Positions 45,059-55,325 of a DNA stretch of 64,000 nucleotides are shown piece after piece. Within the stretch, counting starts at the first letter, position 1. Every line of letters starts with the position of its first letter. Source of the stretch: Bythopirellula sp. (GTDB lineage Bacteria > Planctomycetota > Planctomycetia > Pirellulales > Lacipirellulaceae). The notes under the pieces were generated by a model that was not told the DNA's origin, ran no database searches, and saw only the letters and a program-made list of their open reading frames with translations. A program made the position numbers and the translations under genes. Location: positions 1,446,422 to 1,510,421 of the forward strand of contig OZ244170.1 in NCBI GenBank assembly GCA_965216565.1, read 5' to 3'.

Positions 45059-46387
45059 TTATTTGCCAATCTTCTTGCCGCACCAAGGACAAAAACTCCA
45101 ATACTCGCTTACAACTCCCCAGCCGCATGAATTGCACTTTTCGGTTGAGCCTTCGATCTTCCATTTACGGCCAACCTTGCGATGGCACCAGGGACAATAC
45201 CGCATGAACGCCATGAGTCGTCTGTCCTTGCACTTGCCATTGGTGCAACGAGCGATGTATCGCTTGTCGCTATACCGCCGCGTGCCACTAACCTCGAAAC
45301 CAGGGCCGAAGCACCAAGGACAATAATGCCAGTCGGATTTCAAACCCCGATGACAACGAGGACAACATAGAGGAAAACTCGTTTCCTCATCATGCCGCTC
45401 GCGGTCATCTCCGCACCATGGACAATGTGTCATCAACTCCGAAACCGATCCGCTGCACTGCGAGCAATGACATTTCGTTTCGAGCAGCTTGCCAAATTGA
45501 CGCTGAAACTGTTTCCATTGCACGCTTTTCCAATGGGTTTTCGATTTCAAATCTTTTGTTGCTACTCGGCGGCTAGCATTTTTCTTCACTATGCGTTGTT
45601 TGATGCGATTAAAGGCAGTCAGCAGAGACGTACCACTCGCATAGCGTTTGCGGGGGTTGAGATCCATCGACTTCTGCAAAAGTTTAACATAGTCGGAATG
45701 ACAATAGCTTCTGACTCGTTGAATGCCAGGCGGTGGCCAGTCGAACGGCCATTCGGGCAGGTAACCACCAACCATACGGTACATAATCAACCCGGCGGAA
45801 AAAACGTCCGATCGAAACGATGGCTTGCCCATCGCTTGCTCCGGCGCACAGTACCCGATCGTTCCAGCGCCCGATGCCGTTAGTGTTCGCCAAGTGACCT
45901 TAGCGATGCCAAAATCGGCCAGCATGATCTCACCATCACACAGCAGCAGATTTTCTGGCTTGATGTCGCAGTGTATCACCCGCTGCTCGTGGGCAAACGC
46001 AATCGCTTCTAGCATCTGCTCGGAGTACTCCAAAGCCGTAGCAATCGAGATCCGCGAGCGCAATCGATCAGCAAGCGTCTTTTCCCCGAGGGGATATGCC
46101 AGTACCAACCGACCATCGATCTGGTCAGCACTTTTGAGCGGAAGAATGCGCGGATGTTGCAGGCGTGCTGCCAGTCGTATTTCTTTTCGAAAATCCTCTT
46201 CGGTTTCCGCGTCCAGCACACTGCTGTGCGGTATCTTTAGGGCGACTCGCAATCCTTCCAGCGTATCCATTGCTTGGTAGACTACTGCAAACGCCCCTTC
46301 GCCCAGCCGCTTTTCAATGCGGTATTTTCCAAGGCGGGAACCTACTCTCAAAGCATCATTTCGATTCACGGTTTTCAGGACTTTCAA
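45059..46387 (-). CDS. Ser/Thr protein kinase with four C-terminal zinc-ribbon repeats
   Basis: GEGAFAVV, VALK, HCDIKPENLL, DFGIAK and GYCAPE, then 4x (C..C ... CPWC). Confidence 0.9.
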   Translation of the reverse strand: MKVLKTVNRNDALRVGSRLGKYRIEKRLGEGAFAVVYQAMDTLEGLRVALKIPHSSVLDAETEEDFRKEIRLAARLQHPRILPLKSADQIDGRLVLAYPLGEKTLADRLRSRISIATALEYSEQMLEAIAFAHEQRVIHCDIKPENLLLCDGEIMLADFGIAKVTWRTLTASGAGTIGYCAPEQAMGKPSFRSDVFSAGLIMYRMVGGYLPEWPFDWPPPGIQRVRSYCHSDYVKLLQKSMDLNPRKRYASGTSLLTAFNRIKQRIVKKNASRRVATKDLKSKTHWKSVQWKQFQRQFGKLLETKCHCSQCSGSVSELMTHCPWCGDDRERHDEETSFPLCCPRCHRGLKSDWHYCPWCFGPGFEVSGTRRYSDKRYIARCTNGKCKDRRLMAFMRYCPWCHRKVGRKWKIEGSTEKCNSCGWGVVSEYWSFCPWCGKKIGK

Positions 46388-46438
46388 GTGGCAAGAATAA
46401 GTTCTCTCTCAGCTAGACGGCTGCATTGTCGTGGTGGA

Positions 46439-47896
46439 TCAATCGTCGGCTGCCTCGACAACGCGGTCAATTTTAAGTCCAAGCTTCTGAAGTTTTGTGC
46501 GGAGTGTCGTACGCGTAATCCCCAATATCTTCGCGGCTTCTTGTTGATTGCCTCCCGTATGAGCTAGTACCATCGCAATGATCTTACGCTCAACCTGTTC
46601 AATGACTTGATCGTAAACCTTCTCTGCACCGGCATCCAGCAGCTCCTGGACTGATGTCTCGATCGTATCTTGCTGAGTGGCTGCCGTTTCGGCTGTGGGG
46701 TGCTGAGCCCCTGACAACTCCGGCAGAAAATCGGGTAAGAGCACTTGCCCATGGGTCTGCAAAAGTGCTTGACGGACGACACCTTGCAATTCACGCACAT
46801 TCCCAGGCCAGTTATGCTCTGCCAGCAGCCGCATTGACTCGTCGGTAACTGTTGTGACGTTCGTACCTAAGTCTTCGTTTGCTTGTTGTCGAAAGTAATC
46901 TACCAGCTCCGGCAGATCGTCTCCGCGTTCCCGAAGTGGCGGCAACGAGATCGTATAGCCGTTCAGGCGGTAATACAAATCGCCACGAAAGCGACCCTCG
47001 GCGACCATCTGTTCCAAGTTGCGATTGGTTGCTGCAATCAGTCGCACGTCCGTTTGAATGGTTTCATTACCGCCGACGCGCTCAAAACGTTGTTCTTGTA
47101 ATACTCGCAGCAGTTTGCTTTGCAGAATCGGCGACATGTCACCGATTTCGTCCAGGAATAGCGTTCCTCGGTTGCATTGCTCAAATTTACCAATTCGTTG
47201 GCGATCTGCTCCGGTGAACGATCCCTTTTCGTGCCCGAAAAGTTCACTCTCCAGTAAGGCTTCTGGAATCGCTGCGCAATTCACTGCTAAAAACTGTTCG
47301 CGAGATCGATTGCTGTGTTGGTAAAGTGCACGCGCAATCAATTCCTTACCAGTGCCACTCTCGCCATGAATCAGCACGGTCACGTTATGGTCAGCTACCA
47401 TGCCAATCGCTTTGTAAACCTTCTGCATGGCGTCACATCGCCCCACTAGGGAAGTTGCTCCTTTGGTTCCTTCAGAGCTAACTTCTGGTTTGATTTCTAC
47501 CGGTTCACACATGAGCCGATAGACCTCAAACGCTCGACCAACCACTCGACGGAGTTCGCGCACATCCAGAGGCTTCATTAAGTAATCGAGAGCCCCTAGT
47601 TTCATCGCCTTAATGGCTGTGTCGCTATCGCCCCAAGCGGTAATCACGATAATCGGAGTGCGAGGATTCTGTTGGCGAATTTTTTGAAACACATCTAGCC
47701 CAGAACCATCAGGTAGTACCAGGTCAAGAATGACGGCCCCCGGTTCCCTAGCAGAAATCGCCTCCAGTCCCTCGGCAATAGTGCCGCACGCTTCGACCTC
47801 AAATTCAGTCGATTCGAAGACCCGGCGAAAGAGCTGATGCACAGCCGGTTCGTCGTCAATGACGAGCAAGCGTTGGGAGGGTGTTGTGCTATTCAT
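46439..47896 (-). CDS. sigma54-dependent response regulator (NtrC-family enhancer-binding protein)
   Basis: Receiver [10 protein letters not shown]...DLVLPDG, AAA+ [14 protein letters not shown] (GAFTGA variant) and a C-terminal Fis-type [15 protein letters not shown]. Confidence 0.9.
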   Translation of the reverse strand: MNSTTPSQRLLVIDDEPAVHQLFRRVFESTEFEVEACGTIAEGLEAISAREPGAVILDLVLPDGSGLDVFQKIRQQNPRTPIIVITAWGDSDTAIKAMKLGALDYLMKPLDVRELRRVVGRAFEVYRLMCEPVEIKPEVSSEGTKGATSLVGRCDAMQKVYKAIGMVADHNVTVLIHGESGTGKELIARALYQHSNRSREQFLAVNCAAIPEALLESELFGHEKGSFTGADRQRIGKFEQCNRGTLFLDEIGDMSPILQSKLLRVLQEQRFERVGGNETIQTDVRLIAATNRNLEQMVAEGRFRGDLYYRLNGYTISLPPLRERGDDLPELVDYFRQQANEDLGTNVTTVTDESMRLLAEHNWPGNVRELQGVVRQALLQTHGQVLLPDFLPELSGAQHPTAETAATQQDTIETSVQELLDAGAEKVYDQVIEQVERKIIAMVLAHTGGNQQEAAKILGITRTTLRTKLQKLGLKIDRVVEAADD

Positions 47897-47986
47897 AGCG
47901 TGGATTGGGGTTTGTGGAGGAGATGGCCAACCCACAGTTTCTCCGTTCAGGTGCTGCCGAGCAAGCGGCATCTTTTCTTTCGGGCT

Positions 47987-48325
47987 CTAGCCTTTACGAT
48001 TGGGGTGCAAAAGACGCCGGAATTCCTGCTGGATGGAGAAAAGCTTATTTGAAGAAACTTCGTAGTCCTCAAGTCTTTCGGTGATACCGGTCAAGACCTC
48101 GACATCTTCAGGGAGACTACCGGTATCTCTGGGGTATTTTCGAAACAAGGCAGCCAATTCAGTGAACTGATCAACAAGATGTCGACGTTGCCTCCCGCTA
48201 CAAGGCATTCCTTCCTCGCAGCAACAGTCGATCAGGTCATCGAGCTGATAAGCAATCGAGCCTTTGAGCACACGAGCACGAGTAGCCGCTGCATCTGAGC
48301 TACTGGGTAGAACGGTTCCATTCAT
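47987..48325 (-). CDS. Small Cys-containing hypothetical protein
   Basis: ORF between the secreted protein gene and the EBP gene, with a CCCEEGMPC motif. It overlaps the upstream gene 3' end. Confidence 0.45.
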   Translation of the reverse strand: MNGTVLPSSSDAAATRARVLKGSIAYQLDDLIDCCCEEGMPCSGRQRRHLVDQFTELAALFRKYPRDTGSLPEDVEVLTGITERLEDYEVSSNKLFSIQQEFRRLLHPNRKG

Positions 48326-48800
48326 AAACACCTCCTAGTTTTTGACCCGTCGGCGGGACGGTTGGATGTTGATATTGGTAGTAAGAGCCATAGTTCATAT
48401 ATCGCGAAGGCCTGGACGCCTCTGGGCGAAGTCCGTAGGGACCATAATCGGACTGTGAGCGATAAGGCGTCCAGGTTGGCTGCGTTGGGTATTTTTTCGC
48501 CCGCAGTAGCTGTTTGGAAGCGTCGTACTCCAGCTGGGGGCGTACCCACAGGTAGTAACGCTCCGCATCGTCATTGTCGAAGGGGTCTCGGCTATCCAGT
48601 AGCAAGTAGGGGCTGACATGGGGTGAAGCGAGCCAGGGCCGCGTAGTGTACACATTTTGATAGACGGTCTGACGCGGATCATCGGACAACGATTGCCGCG
48701 TAGCCTGCCCGAATGCCATCGAACCCACTCGAAGTGCTGCCAAGCTCACAATGAGCCAGAATGCCAACCCTCGCCAGAGATCATCGCGTGTGTAAGTCAT
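48300..48800 (-). CDS. Secreted/anchored Tyr/Pro-rich hypothetical protein
   Basis: Signal-like sequence LAFWLIVSLAALRVGSMAFG. First gene downstream of the minus-strand sigma54 promoter. Confidence 0.55.
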   Translation of the reverse strand: MTYTRDDLWRGLAFWLIVSLAALRVGSMAFGQATRQSLSDDPRQTVYQNVYTTRPWLASPHVSPYLLLDSRDPFDNDDAERYYLWVRPQLEYDASKQLLRAKKYPTQPTWTPYRSQSDYGPYGLRPEASRPSRYMNYGSYYQYQHPTVPPTGQKLGGVYEWNRSTQ

Positions 48801-48846
48801 AGCAACCTCCGATCAACAAGGGACCAAAAACAACAGTTACTGAAAG

Positions 48847-48861
48847 GCAAGTAATGTGCCA
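48847..48861 (-). promoter_or_regulatory. sigma54 -24/-12 promoter (perfect) for the 48800->44227 signalling operon
   Basis: The minus strand reads TTGGCACATTACTTGCC, 47 nt upstream of the start at 48800. Confidence 0.75.
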
Positions 48862-48881
48862 AAAACCAACGACCTATATCG

Positions 48882-48896
48882 TGGCACACCGCTTGC
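48882..48896 (+). promoter_or_regulatory. sigma54 -24/-12 promoter (perfect) for hemerythrin-like gene + mgtE
   Basis: GTGGCACACCGCTTGCT, 32 nt upstream of the ATG at 48928. Confidence 0.75.
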
Positions 48897-48927
48897 TCGC
48901 TGAAGTCACTTCCATCCTACGGCCCTC

Positions 48928-49407
48928 ATGCTAAAGCAATCAAAAATGACAGATATTCAGGCTATCATCGACCAAAATGCCATTGAGTCCGGTGCCCTAG
49001 GCCTTTTGGCGGATGCGATTCGCTCCGCAACTGTCTGGCCACTGCCTCGGCGGCAGCCTGGCCGAAAAGTGGCCACTGTGCGCTATCTTTGTCAGGTGTA
49101 CCGACAAATGTTCGAGCGGGTTCTAGCGATCGAGGGAAACGACGGCTACATGGATGTCGTTAGTGACGCCGATTCTCGCTTCGAAGAGCGACTCGAGAGA
49201 TTTCGGCGAGAACATCATGGCTACCGCGCGGCCTGGCAAGAGATCATGCCCCAATTGGACCGAGTCGTGGCGAGCAACGAGTTCGACTTTGAGCTGATCT
49301 GCGAGCAAATCAATTCTCTGCTAACCCAGATCGACCGTCACTTCCAGCGGGAGTCTGAATTAATATCTCAGTCTTCGTTGCTCGATTTCGGGGATGAAGA
49401 TGACTGA
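48928..49407 (+). CDS. Hemerythrin/HHE-like four-helix protein, paralog of 27875..28339
   Basis: AIEGNDGYMD, FRREHHGYRAAW and IDRHFQRESELI. Confidence 0.6.
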   Translation: MLKQSKMTDIQAIIDQNAIESGALGLLADAIRSATVWPLPRRQPGRKVATVRYLCQVYRQMFERVLAIEGNDGYMDVVSDADSRFEERLERFRREHHGYRAAWQEIMPQLDRVVASNEFDFELICEQINSLLTQIDRHFQRESELISQSSLLDFGDEDD

Positions 49408-49469
49408 ATTACTCCCAGTCATCTATCTCTACATGGCTTAAGGAACATCAATGAGTGAGGAACGCACCG

Positions 49470-50828
49470 ATGTCTGAACCAGCACTGTTACACCAGCTTC
49501 CCGAAGTAGTGCGCAATGGCGATCCTGAGCGGCTAGTAGATTATTTGGCTACGCTCGATGCCCGCTCCATGGCCCGCGAAGTTTGCGAACTCTCAGATGA
49601 CGACCAGGCAGCGATGCTGACGGCACTAGAGCCTGCCGCAGCCGTGGAAATTCTGGATGACATTCCAGAGGTGGAACGGATTGAAGCGGTCAGCAACCTC
49701 GCAGCGGACGTAGCGGCTGCCATTATCCATGAGCTGCCAAGTGACGAGCAAGCCGATGTCATTGGTGCTCTGGACGATGGCGAAGCAGAAGCAATATTGG
49801 CGGCGATGGAGCCTGCAGAGGCCGAGCAACTGGCGGAGTTGGTCGCCTATCCGGCTCATACTGCCGGTGGTTTGATGGCAACCGAAGTGGTAGCGTTTCG
49901 AGAGGGAGCTACCGTTGCGCAAGTGCTGCGCCGTCTGCGTCGAGATGCGTCTCGCTTCCGGAGCCTCGACATACAGTATGCGTATGTCACCGACGAACTC
50001 CGCTCACTAGTTGGCGTGCTCCGGTTTCGTGACTTATTGCTAGCGGATGACAATAGCACCGTGATGGAACTGATGAAACGGCATACGCTCTCGGTGCGTG
50101 CTGACACGAGTTTGGCAGAACTGCAGGGCTTGTTCGATGGACACTCGTTTCTGGGAGTTCCCGTCATTGATGATAGCGGGACACTCCTGGGCGTGGTCAG
50201 CCGCAGTGCAGTCGATGAGGCAATGCAAGATCAAGTTGCCAGCGACTATCGCCGCTCGCTCGGTTTGGTTCAGGAAGAAGTTCGCTCCATGCCAGTGCTG
50301 CACAGGTCACGTTCACGGTTGGCATGGCTGAGTATCAATATCGTGCTCAACGTGCTAGCGGCGAGTATCATTGCCCTCTACCAAGACACGCTTTCGCAAG
50401 TCATTGCTTTGGTGGTGTTCTTGCCTATCATCTCCGACATGAGTGGTTGCAGCGGCAATCAAGCCGTGGCGGTCAGCATGCGAGAGCTGTCTCTAGGGCT
50501 GATTGAGCCCTGGGAGTTGCTGCGTGTGTGGCTTAAAGAAGCTTCCGTAGGTGTATTAAATGGCTTGGCCTTGGGGGGCCTATTGGGCGTCATTGCATGG
50601 GCTTTTGCAGGCAACCTCTGGTTAGGCGCTGTGGTTGGTGTGGCTCTCGCGGCGAACACCTTGATCGCCGTATTGATTGGTGGTGCCCTTCCGTTAATTC
50701 TAAAACAACGTGGAGTAGACCCGGCACTCGCTTCAGGACCAATACTCACAACGGTGACCGATATGGTCGGTTTCTTTCTCGTGCTCAGCCTGGCAACACT
50801 ACTTCTTCCCCTGCTGAGCACTTCTTAA
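49470..50828 (+). CDS. mgtE: MgtE magnesium transporter
   Basis: MgtE N-domain, CBS pair, and TM domain with PIISDMSGCSGNQAVAV. Confidence 0.9.
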   Translation: MSEPALLHQLPEVVRNGDPERLVDYLATLDARSMAREVCELSDDDQAAMLTALEPAAAVEILDDIPEVERIEAVSNLAADVAAAIIHELPSDEQADVIGALDDGEAEAILAAMEPAEAEQLAELVAYPAHTAGGLMATEVVAFREGATVAQVLRRLRRDASRFRSLDIQYAYVTDELRSLVGVLRFRDLLLADDNSTVMELMKRHTLSVRADTSLAELQGLFDGHSFLGVPVIDDSGTLLGVVSRSAVDEAMQDQVASDYRRSLGLVQEEVRSMPVLHRSRSRLAWLSINIVLNVLAASIIALYQDTLSQVIALVVFLPIISDMSGCSGNQAVAVSMRELSLGLIEPWELLRVWLKEASVGVLNGLALGGLLGVIAWAFAGNLWLGAVVGVALAANTLIAVLIGGALPLILKQRGVDPALASGPILTTVTDMVGFFLVLSLATLLLPLLSTS

Positions 50829-51044
50829 CCATGTCAATCGTTTACTGAGCACCTATTGTACGCGAACTGCTTTACGATATTTCAAGATTCTCGTGACTCT
50901 AGTGCTGCGGCGGCTGAAAATGCCCAACAACTGCTTTGGCACATGACTTGTGATCAGTTATCGTTGCTGACGTAGATCCGCCAGCCAGTGCAAACTAAAG
51001 ATTTGTGCAAGAGGGTACCGACCACATTCGTGTAGTTTTGCACG

Positions 51045-52055
51045 TTAAGAGGGAGGGTCTTCGGTTGCTTCTTCAATCGGTGGTGAGACTAAATGTGCCG
51101 GGTCGTTGCCCCCAGCAATAATCGAGGCTGCAACGCCAACGAAGAGTATTCCGCCAATAACTGCCAATGAGACAAGATTTGGAATCGGATAGTGGTGGAC
51201 TAGCATCATCTTTACCCCAACGTAAGCCAGCAAAAAGACAAGACTCATCTTGAGATAGCGAAACTTGTCCATCATACCGGCAACTGCAAAGTAGAGTGAC
51301 CTCAATCCAAGTATGGCAAAGATGTTCGAGGTAAATACGAGAAAGGGGTCACGGGTGATGCTGAATATCGCGGGAATGGAGTCCAAGGCAAACATCACGT
51401 CGGTTGTTTCCACCATGAGTAAAGCCAGAAATGTATGAGTGATGGCTGTCCTACCTTCTGAGTTCTTCGCGAAGAATGAGCCATCCGTGTGTGGAACCGT
51501 TGGATATAGCTTGTGGGCGTACCGAACCAGCCAATTCTTCTCCGGGTTAATGGTCTCATGTCGCGTAATCAACATCTTAACGGCGGATGCAAGTAGGATT
51601 AATCCGAAGATGTAGGCAGACCAATGGAAGCGTTCGATAACCACTGCCCCAATGGTAATCATCACGCCTCGCATGATGACTGCTCCCAAGATTCCCCAGA
51701 AAAGTACGCGGTGCTGGTGTTCGCTCGGGATGCGAAAGAATGAGAAAATCATTGCTATCACAAATATGTTGTCTACAGATAGCGACTTCTCGACAATATA
51801 TCCCGTGAAGAACTGAACGGCGGCTTGTTGACCGGTTAAGTCATGCGATTGCAGGTCCGTCCAGCCAAACCAGTTTTGTCCATAAAGAAAGTAGACAACA
51901 ACGTTGAAGCAAAGCGAAACAGCCACCCAAATACCGGTCCAAGCGAGAGCCTCGCGGACGGAGATCCGATGGGAATTGCGATGAAAAACCCCGAGGTCGA
52001 GAAAGACCATTGCCAACACGAACACAAGGAACAACACCCACACCAGATTCTGCAT
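51045..52055 (-). CDS. TerC/Alx-family integral membrane protein
   Basis: Multi-TM protein with EKSLSVDNIFV and ALDSIPAIF motifs. Confidence 0.85.
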   Translation of the reverse strand: MQNLVWVLFLVFVLAMVFLDLGVFHRNSHRISVREALAWTGIWVAVSLCFNVVVYFLYGQNWFGWTDLQSHDLTGQQAAVQFFTGYIVEKSLSVDNIFVIAMIFSFFRIPSEHQHRVLFWGILGAVIMRGVMITIGAVVIERFHWSAYIFGLILLASAVKMLITRHETINPEKNWLVRYAHKLYPTVPHTDGSFFAKNSEGRTAITHTFLALLMVETTDVMFALDSIPAIFSITRDPFLVFTSNIFAILGLRSLYFAVAGMMDKFRYLKMSLVFLLAYVGVKMMLVHHYPIPNLVSLAVIGGILFVGVAASIIAGGNDPAHLVSPPIEEATEDPPS

Positions 52056-52265
52056 CGATTATCCTTTATCACCTCAATGAGGTTCTCGGCCACGTTGTTC
52101 ACCCGAAAGGTCAACAGACAGGTTTGGGAGAAGGTGACCGCTCCGCAGGTAGCATGCGGCTGACTATGACGATCACATTCGCACAGTAAACTCAGAATCT
52201 ATATCAAAGACACATCGATGAATTACTTTTGATGGCAGAATATGCATGAATGTGTAAGGGACAAA

Positions 52266-53081
52266 TCATGATGCGATGCCATCCGACGTGTTACTCTGCA
52301 CGAAAAACACAACGATCGTAATATCGTCATGCCCTTCATTGGCGAGCGCTTCCTGGGCCAGCAAATCGACTGCTTGCTGCGGCTCGTCTACCTGGCCCAT
52401 GATTTCTAAAATTCTGTCTTCGCCAACGTTGTCTGTCAGCCCGTCGCTAGCGAGCAGATAGCGATCACCGTGATAAACATCCAGGACTCGGATTTCCTCT
52501 TTGTCAGCTTCAAATGTTTTCATTCCGAGAGCGTTAAAGAGCACGTTTCGCATGTGATGCTTACGGGCCTCTTCCGTCGTAATCTTTCCGAGGAACAGCA
52601 TTTGGTCAGGCCAAGTGTCGTCAACTGTCAGCCTCTCAATTGAATTGCCACGCACCAAGTAAGCTCGGCTGTCACCTACCCCAGTGACGTATAAATGATG
52701 GTCCGCAAGCAGAGCTAAAACGACGGTGGTGCTTGCGCCATGAGACTCAGGGTACTGTGCAGCATAGTCCAGGATCAGACAGTTGGCCTGTTCTAAGGCC
52801 GCATGTAATTGGTGTTCGATTTCCGTTGGGTCGATTTCTGTGACAGCTTTACTTAACTCATGCGACAAAACTTCTACAGCAAACAGGCTCGCAAGTTCCC
52901 CCGCAGAGTTACCGGCAATACCATCCGCGACAATAAAGAGGTCAGCGTTTGGAGAAACGTACTGCCGATCTTCGTTAGTATTACGAGTTGTGCCTTGCAG
53001 GGAGCACGCTGACGCAGTAATCAAAAGCCGATCTGCTTGACAGGAATCTCTTAGTTCCAATGGTTCCGATGCAAATCGCAT
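52266..53081 (-). CDS. PP2C-family Ser/Thr phosphatase (second copy)
   Basis: IVADGIAGNSAGELAS, ASDGLTDNV. Lies 77 nt downstream of groEL on the same strand. Confidence 0.85.
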   Translation of the reverse strand: MRFASEPLELRDSCQADRLLITASACSLQGTTRNTNEDRQYVSPNADLFIVADGIAGNSAGELASLFAVEVLSHELSKAVTEIDPTEIEHQLHAALEQANCLILDYAAQYPESHGASTTVVLALLADHHLYVTGVGDSRAYLVRGNSIERLTVDDTWPDQMLFLGKITTEEARKHHMRNVLFNALGMKTFEADKEEIRVLDVYHGDRYLLASDGLTDNVGEDRILEIMGQVDEPQQAVDLLAQEALANEGHDDITIVVFFVQSNTSDGIAS

Positions 53082-53158
53082 AAACGACCCTTTCGGTCCA
53101 ACGATTCAAATCCATCGTCCTAGTAGTCGTGATCCTCATGGAGACGAGACCGCGAGTA

Positions 53159-54733
53159 TTATTTTGGTTTTTCTGCGATCAATGCGTCACTGGTCAGCAG
53201 CAAAGTAGCTACGCTCAGTGCATTCTCCAGCGCTACCCTGGTGACTTTCATCGGATCGATCACTCCAGCTGCCACTAAATCCTCAAACTGATCGGAATAT
53301 GCGTTGTAGCCAAAGGCCCCTTCGCCTTCTGAAACCTTGCCACAAACCACACCGCCATCGCGACCGGCGTTTTCTGCGATCCATTCCAGGGGAGCCTGGC
53401 AGGCTTTCTGGACAATGCGAAAACCGACCTGCTCAGCCTGGATCAGGTCATCAGCCGAGCATGCATTGGCAGCTCGAATCAGAGCAACGCCACCGCCAGG
53501 TAACACCCCCTCTTCCATCGCAGCTCGCGTCGCGTGAATTGCATCGTCGAACCGCATTTTCTTTTCTTTCATCTCACTCTCAGTCGCAGCTCCGACCTCA
53601 ATTTTCGCAACACCACCGGTCAGCTTTGCCAGTCGCTCTTCGAGTTTTTCTTTGTCATAGCTGCTCTTGGTTGTCTCGATCTCTTTGCGGATCTGTGTAC
53701 TGCGAGCACTGATGTCTTCGGTTTTTCCAGCTCCTTCGATGATCGTCGTACCATCTTTGTCGATAACAATCTTCTTAGCACGACCAAGGTCGGTGAGCTT
53801 TACATTTTCCAACTTGGCCCCAAGGCTATCGAACAGGGGCCTCGCGCCGGTAAGGATGGCAAGGTCTTCTAGCATGGCCTTACGACGGTCGCCAAAACCG
53901 GGAGCCTTAACCGCGCAGCACTTCAAGGTTCCACGAAGACAGTTGATTACAAGCGTAGCAAGAGCTTCGCCATCGACGTCCTCTGCGATAATCAAAAGTG
54001 GCTTACTAGCCTTGGCGATTTCTTCCAGGAGCGGAATCAGGTGCTTGGCACTGGAAATTTTTTTCTCGAACACCATGATGTAGGCGTCTTCGAATACGCA
54101 CTCCATTCGCGACTGATCGTTCAAGAAATACGGTGACAAGTACCCCTTGTCGAAACGCATCCCCTCCACCCACTCTACGCAAGTCTGGAGTGACTTCCCC
54201 TCTTCCACAGTAACAACACCATCTTTCCCTACCTTCTCCATCGCTTCGGCTACCACGGTTCCAATCTTCTCATCACCATTGGCAGATACGGTTGCGACCT
54301 TCATCAAGTCATCGTGTCCGTCGATAGGTTCTGTGAGGCTACGCAGCTTCTCGATGATACCTGCCATTGCCAATTCCATCCCTCGTTTCATCGGAAGTGG
54401 GGCAACACCGGCAGCAACGGCGCGAAGCCCTTCCGTGAATATCGCGTCCGCTAGCACTGTTGCGGTCGTGGTACCATCACCTGCGACGTCGTTCGTTTTT
54501 GATGCGACCTCACGAACCATCTGTGCACCAATGTTCTCCAGTGGGTCTTCCAGTTCGATTTCCTTAGCTACAGTCACACCATCACGGGTGACCACGGGTG
54601 AACCATAGCTTTTCTGTAGAACGACATTGCGGCCTCGAGGACCTAGCGTCGTCCGTACTGCACGAGCAAGTTTACCCACGCCACGTTTGATCGCATCGCG
54701 GGCTTCGTCATGAAAGACAATCGTTTTCGACAT
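53159..54733 (-). CDS. groEL: Chaperonin GroEL (Cpn60) paralog without C-terminal GGM repeat
   Basis: [26 protein letters not shown]. The protein ends ...LIAEKPK. Confidence 0.95.
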   Translation of the reverse strand: MSKTIVFHDEARDAIKRGVGKLARAVRTTLGPRGRNVVLQKSYGSPVVTRDGVTVAKEIELEDPLENIGAQMVREVASKTNDVAGDGTTTATVLADAIFTEGLRAVAAGVAPLPMKRGMELAMAGIIEKLRSLTEPIDGHDDLMKVATVSANGDEKIGTVVAEAMEKVGKDGVVTVEEGKSLQTCVEWVEGMRFDKGYLSPYFLNDQSRMECVFEDAYIMVFEKKISSAKHLIPLLEEIAKASKPLLIIAEDVDGEALATLVINCLRGTLKCCAVKAPGFGDRRKAMLEDLAILTGARPLFDSLGAKLENVKLTDLGRAKKIVIDKDGTTIIEGAGKTEDISARSTQIRKEIETTKSSYDKEKLEERLAKLTGGVAKIEVGAATESEMKEKKMRFDDAIHATRAAMEEGVLPGGGVALIRAANACSADDLIQAEQVGFRIVQKACQAPLEWIAENAGRDGGVVCGKVSEGEGAFGYNAYSDQFEDLVAAGVIDPMKVTRVALENALSVATLLLTSDALIAEKPK

Positions 54734-54765
54734 GAGTGAACGCCTTTTCTGTTAAATACCTGTAC

Positions 54766-55092
54766 TTACTCAATCACAGCTAAAATATCGCTTTCGCGAA
54801 TGATCAATCGGTCCTCTTCGTCTAATTTGATTTCGTCCCCTGCATATTCGGTAAAGAGCACCTCGTCGCCTGCTTTGACTTGCATCGGTCCGCGAGAACC
54901 GTCGTCAAGAATCTTGCCATCGCCCACCGCTTCTACAAATCCACGATTGGCTTTCTTTTTTGCATTCTCTGGCAAGACAATACCGCCCCTAGTTTGTTCT
55001 TCAGCGACGACTCGCTTGATGACCACCCGGTTGTCGAGAGGACGTAGCTTTGTTTTCACTCTAACTGTTTGCGATTTCGTTGCGGTCGCCAT
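54766..55092 (-). CDS. groES: Co-chaperonin GroES (Cpn10)
   Basis: LRPLDNRVVIKRV..TRGGIVLPE...GDEVLF..YAG. Confidence 0.95.
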   Translation of the reverse strand: MATATKSQTVRVKTKLRPLDNRVVIKRVVAEEQTRGGIVLPENAKKKANRGFVEAVGDGKILDDGSRGPMQVKAGDEVLFTEYAGDEIKLDEEDRLIIRESDILAVIE

Positions 55093-55140
55093 TGGGGCTC
55101 CTCCGGTCGATAGTTGCTGTTAGCTCGAAGAAGTCTTGAT

Positions 55141-55155
55141 GCAATCGATGTGCCA
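55141..55155 (-). promoter_or_regulatory. sigma54 -24/-12 promoter (perfect) upstream of groES-groEL
   Basis: The minus strand reads TATGGCACATCGATTGCATC, 49 nt upstream of the groES ATG. Confidence 0.7.
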
Positions 55156-55325
55156 TAAGATAAAAAGATTGATACCTGGCGTATTGAAGGCCGGTTTTAT
55201 GTCGCCATTCAAGCAAGTGGCTGAAGATTGACCACAGCGTCCAATTCTCGATCAGCTCGTTCGCTACGAAGAGAGCGCAGACTCGCCATGTCGCGAGTTT
55301 TTCAAGTTGGGTAGCTGAAGAAAAA

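Noticed and set aside
50937-50951. TGGCAC-N5-TTGT on the plus strand between mgtE and the TerC gene.
   Set aside because: The highly conserved -12 GC is GT here. The element also points into the 3' end of a convergent gene with no downstream ORF. An antisense or sRNA promoter remains a remote possibility.
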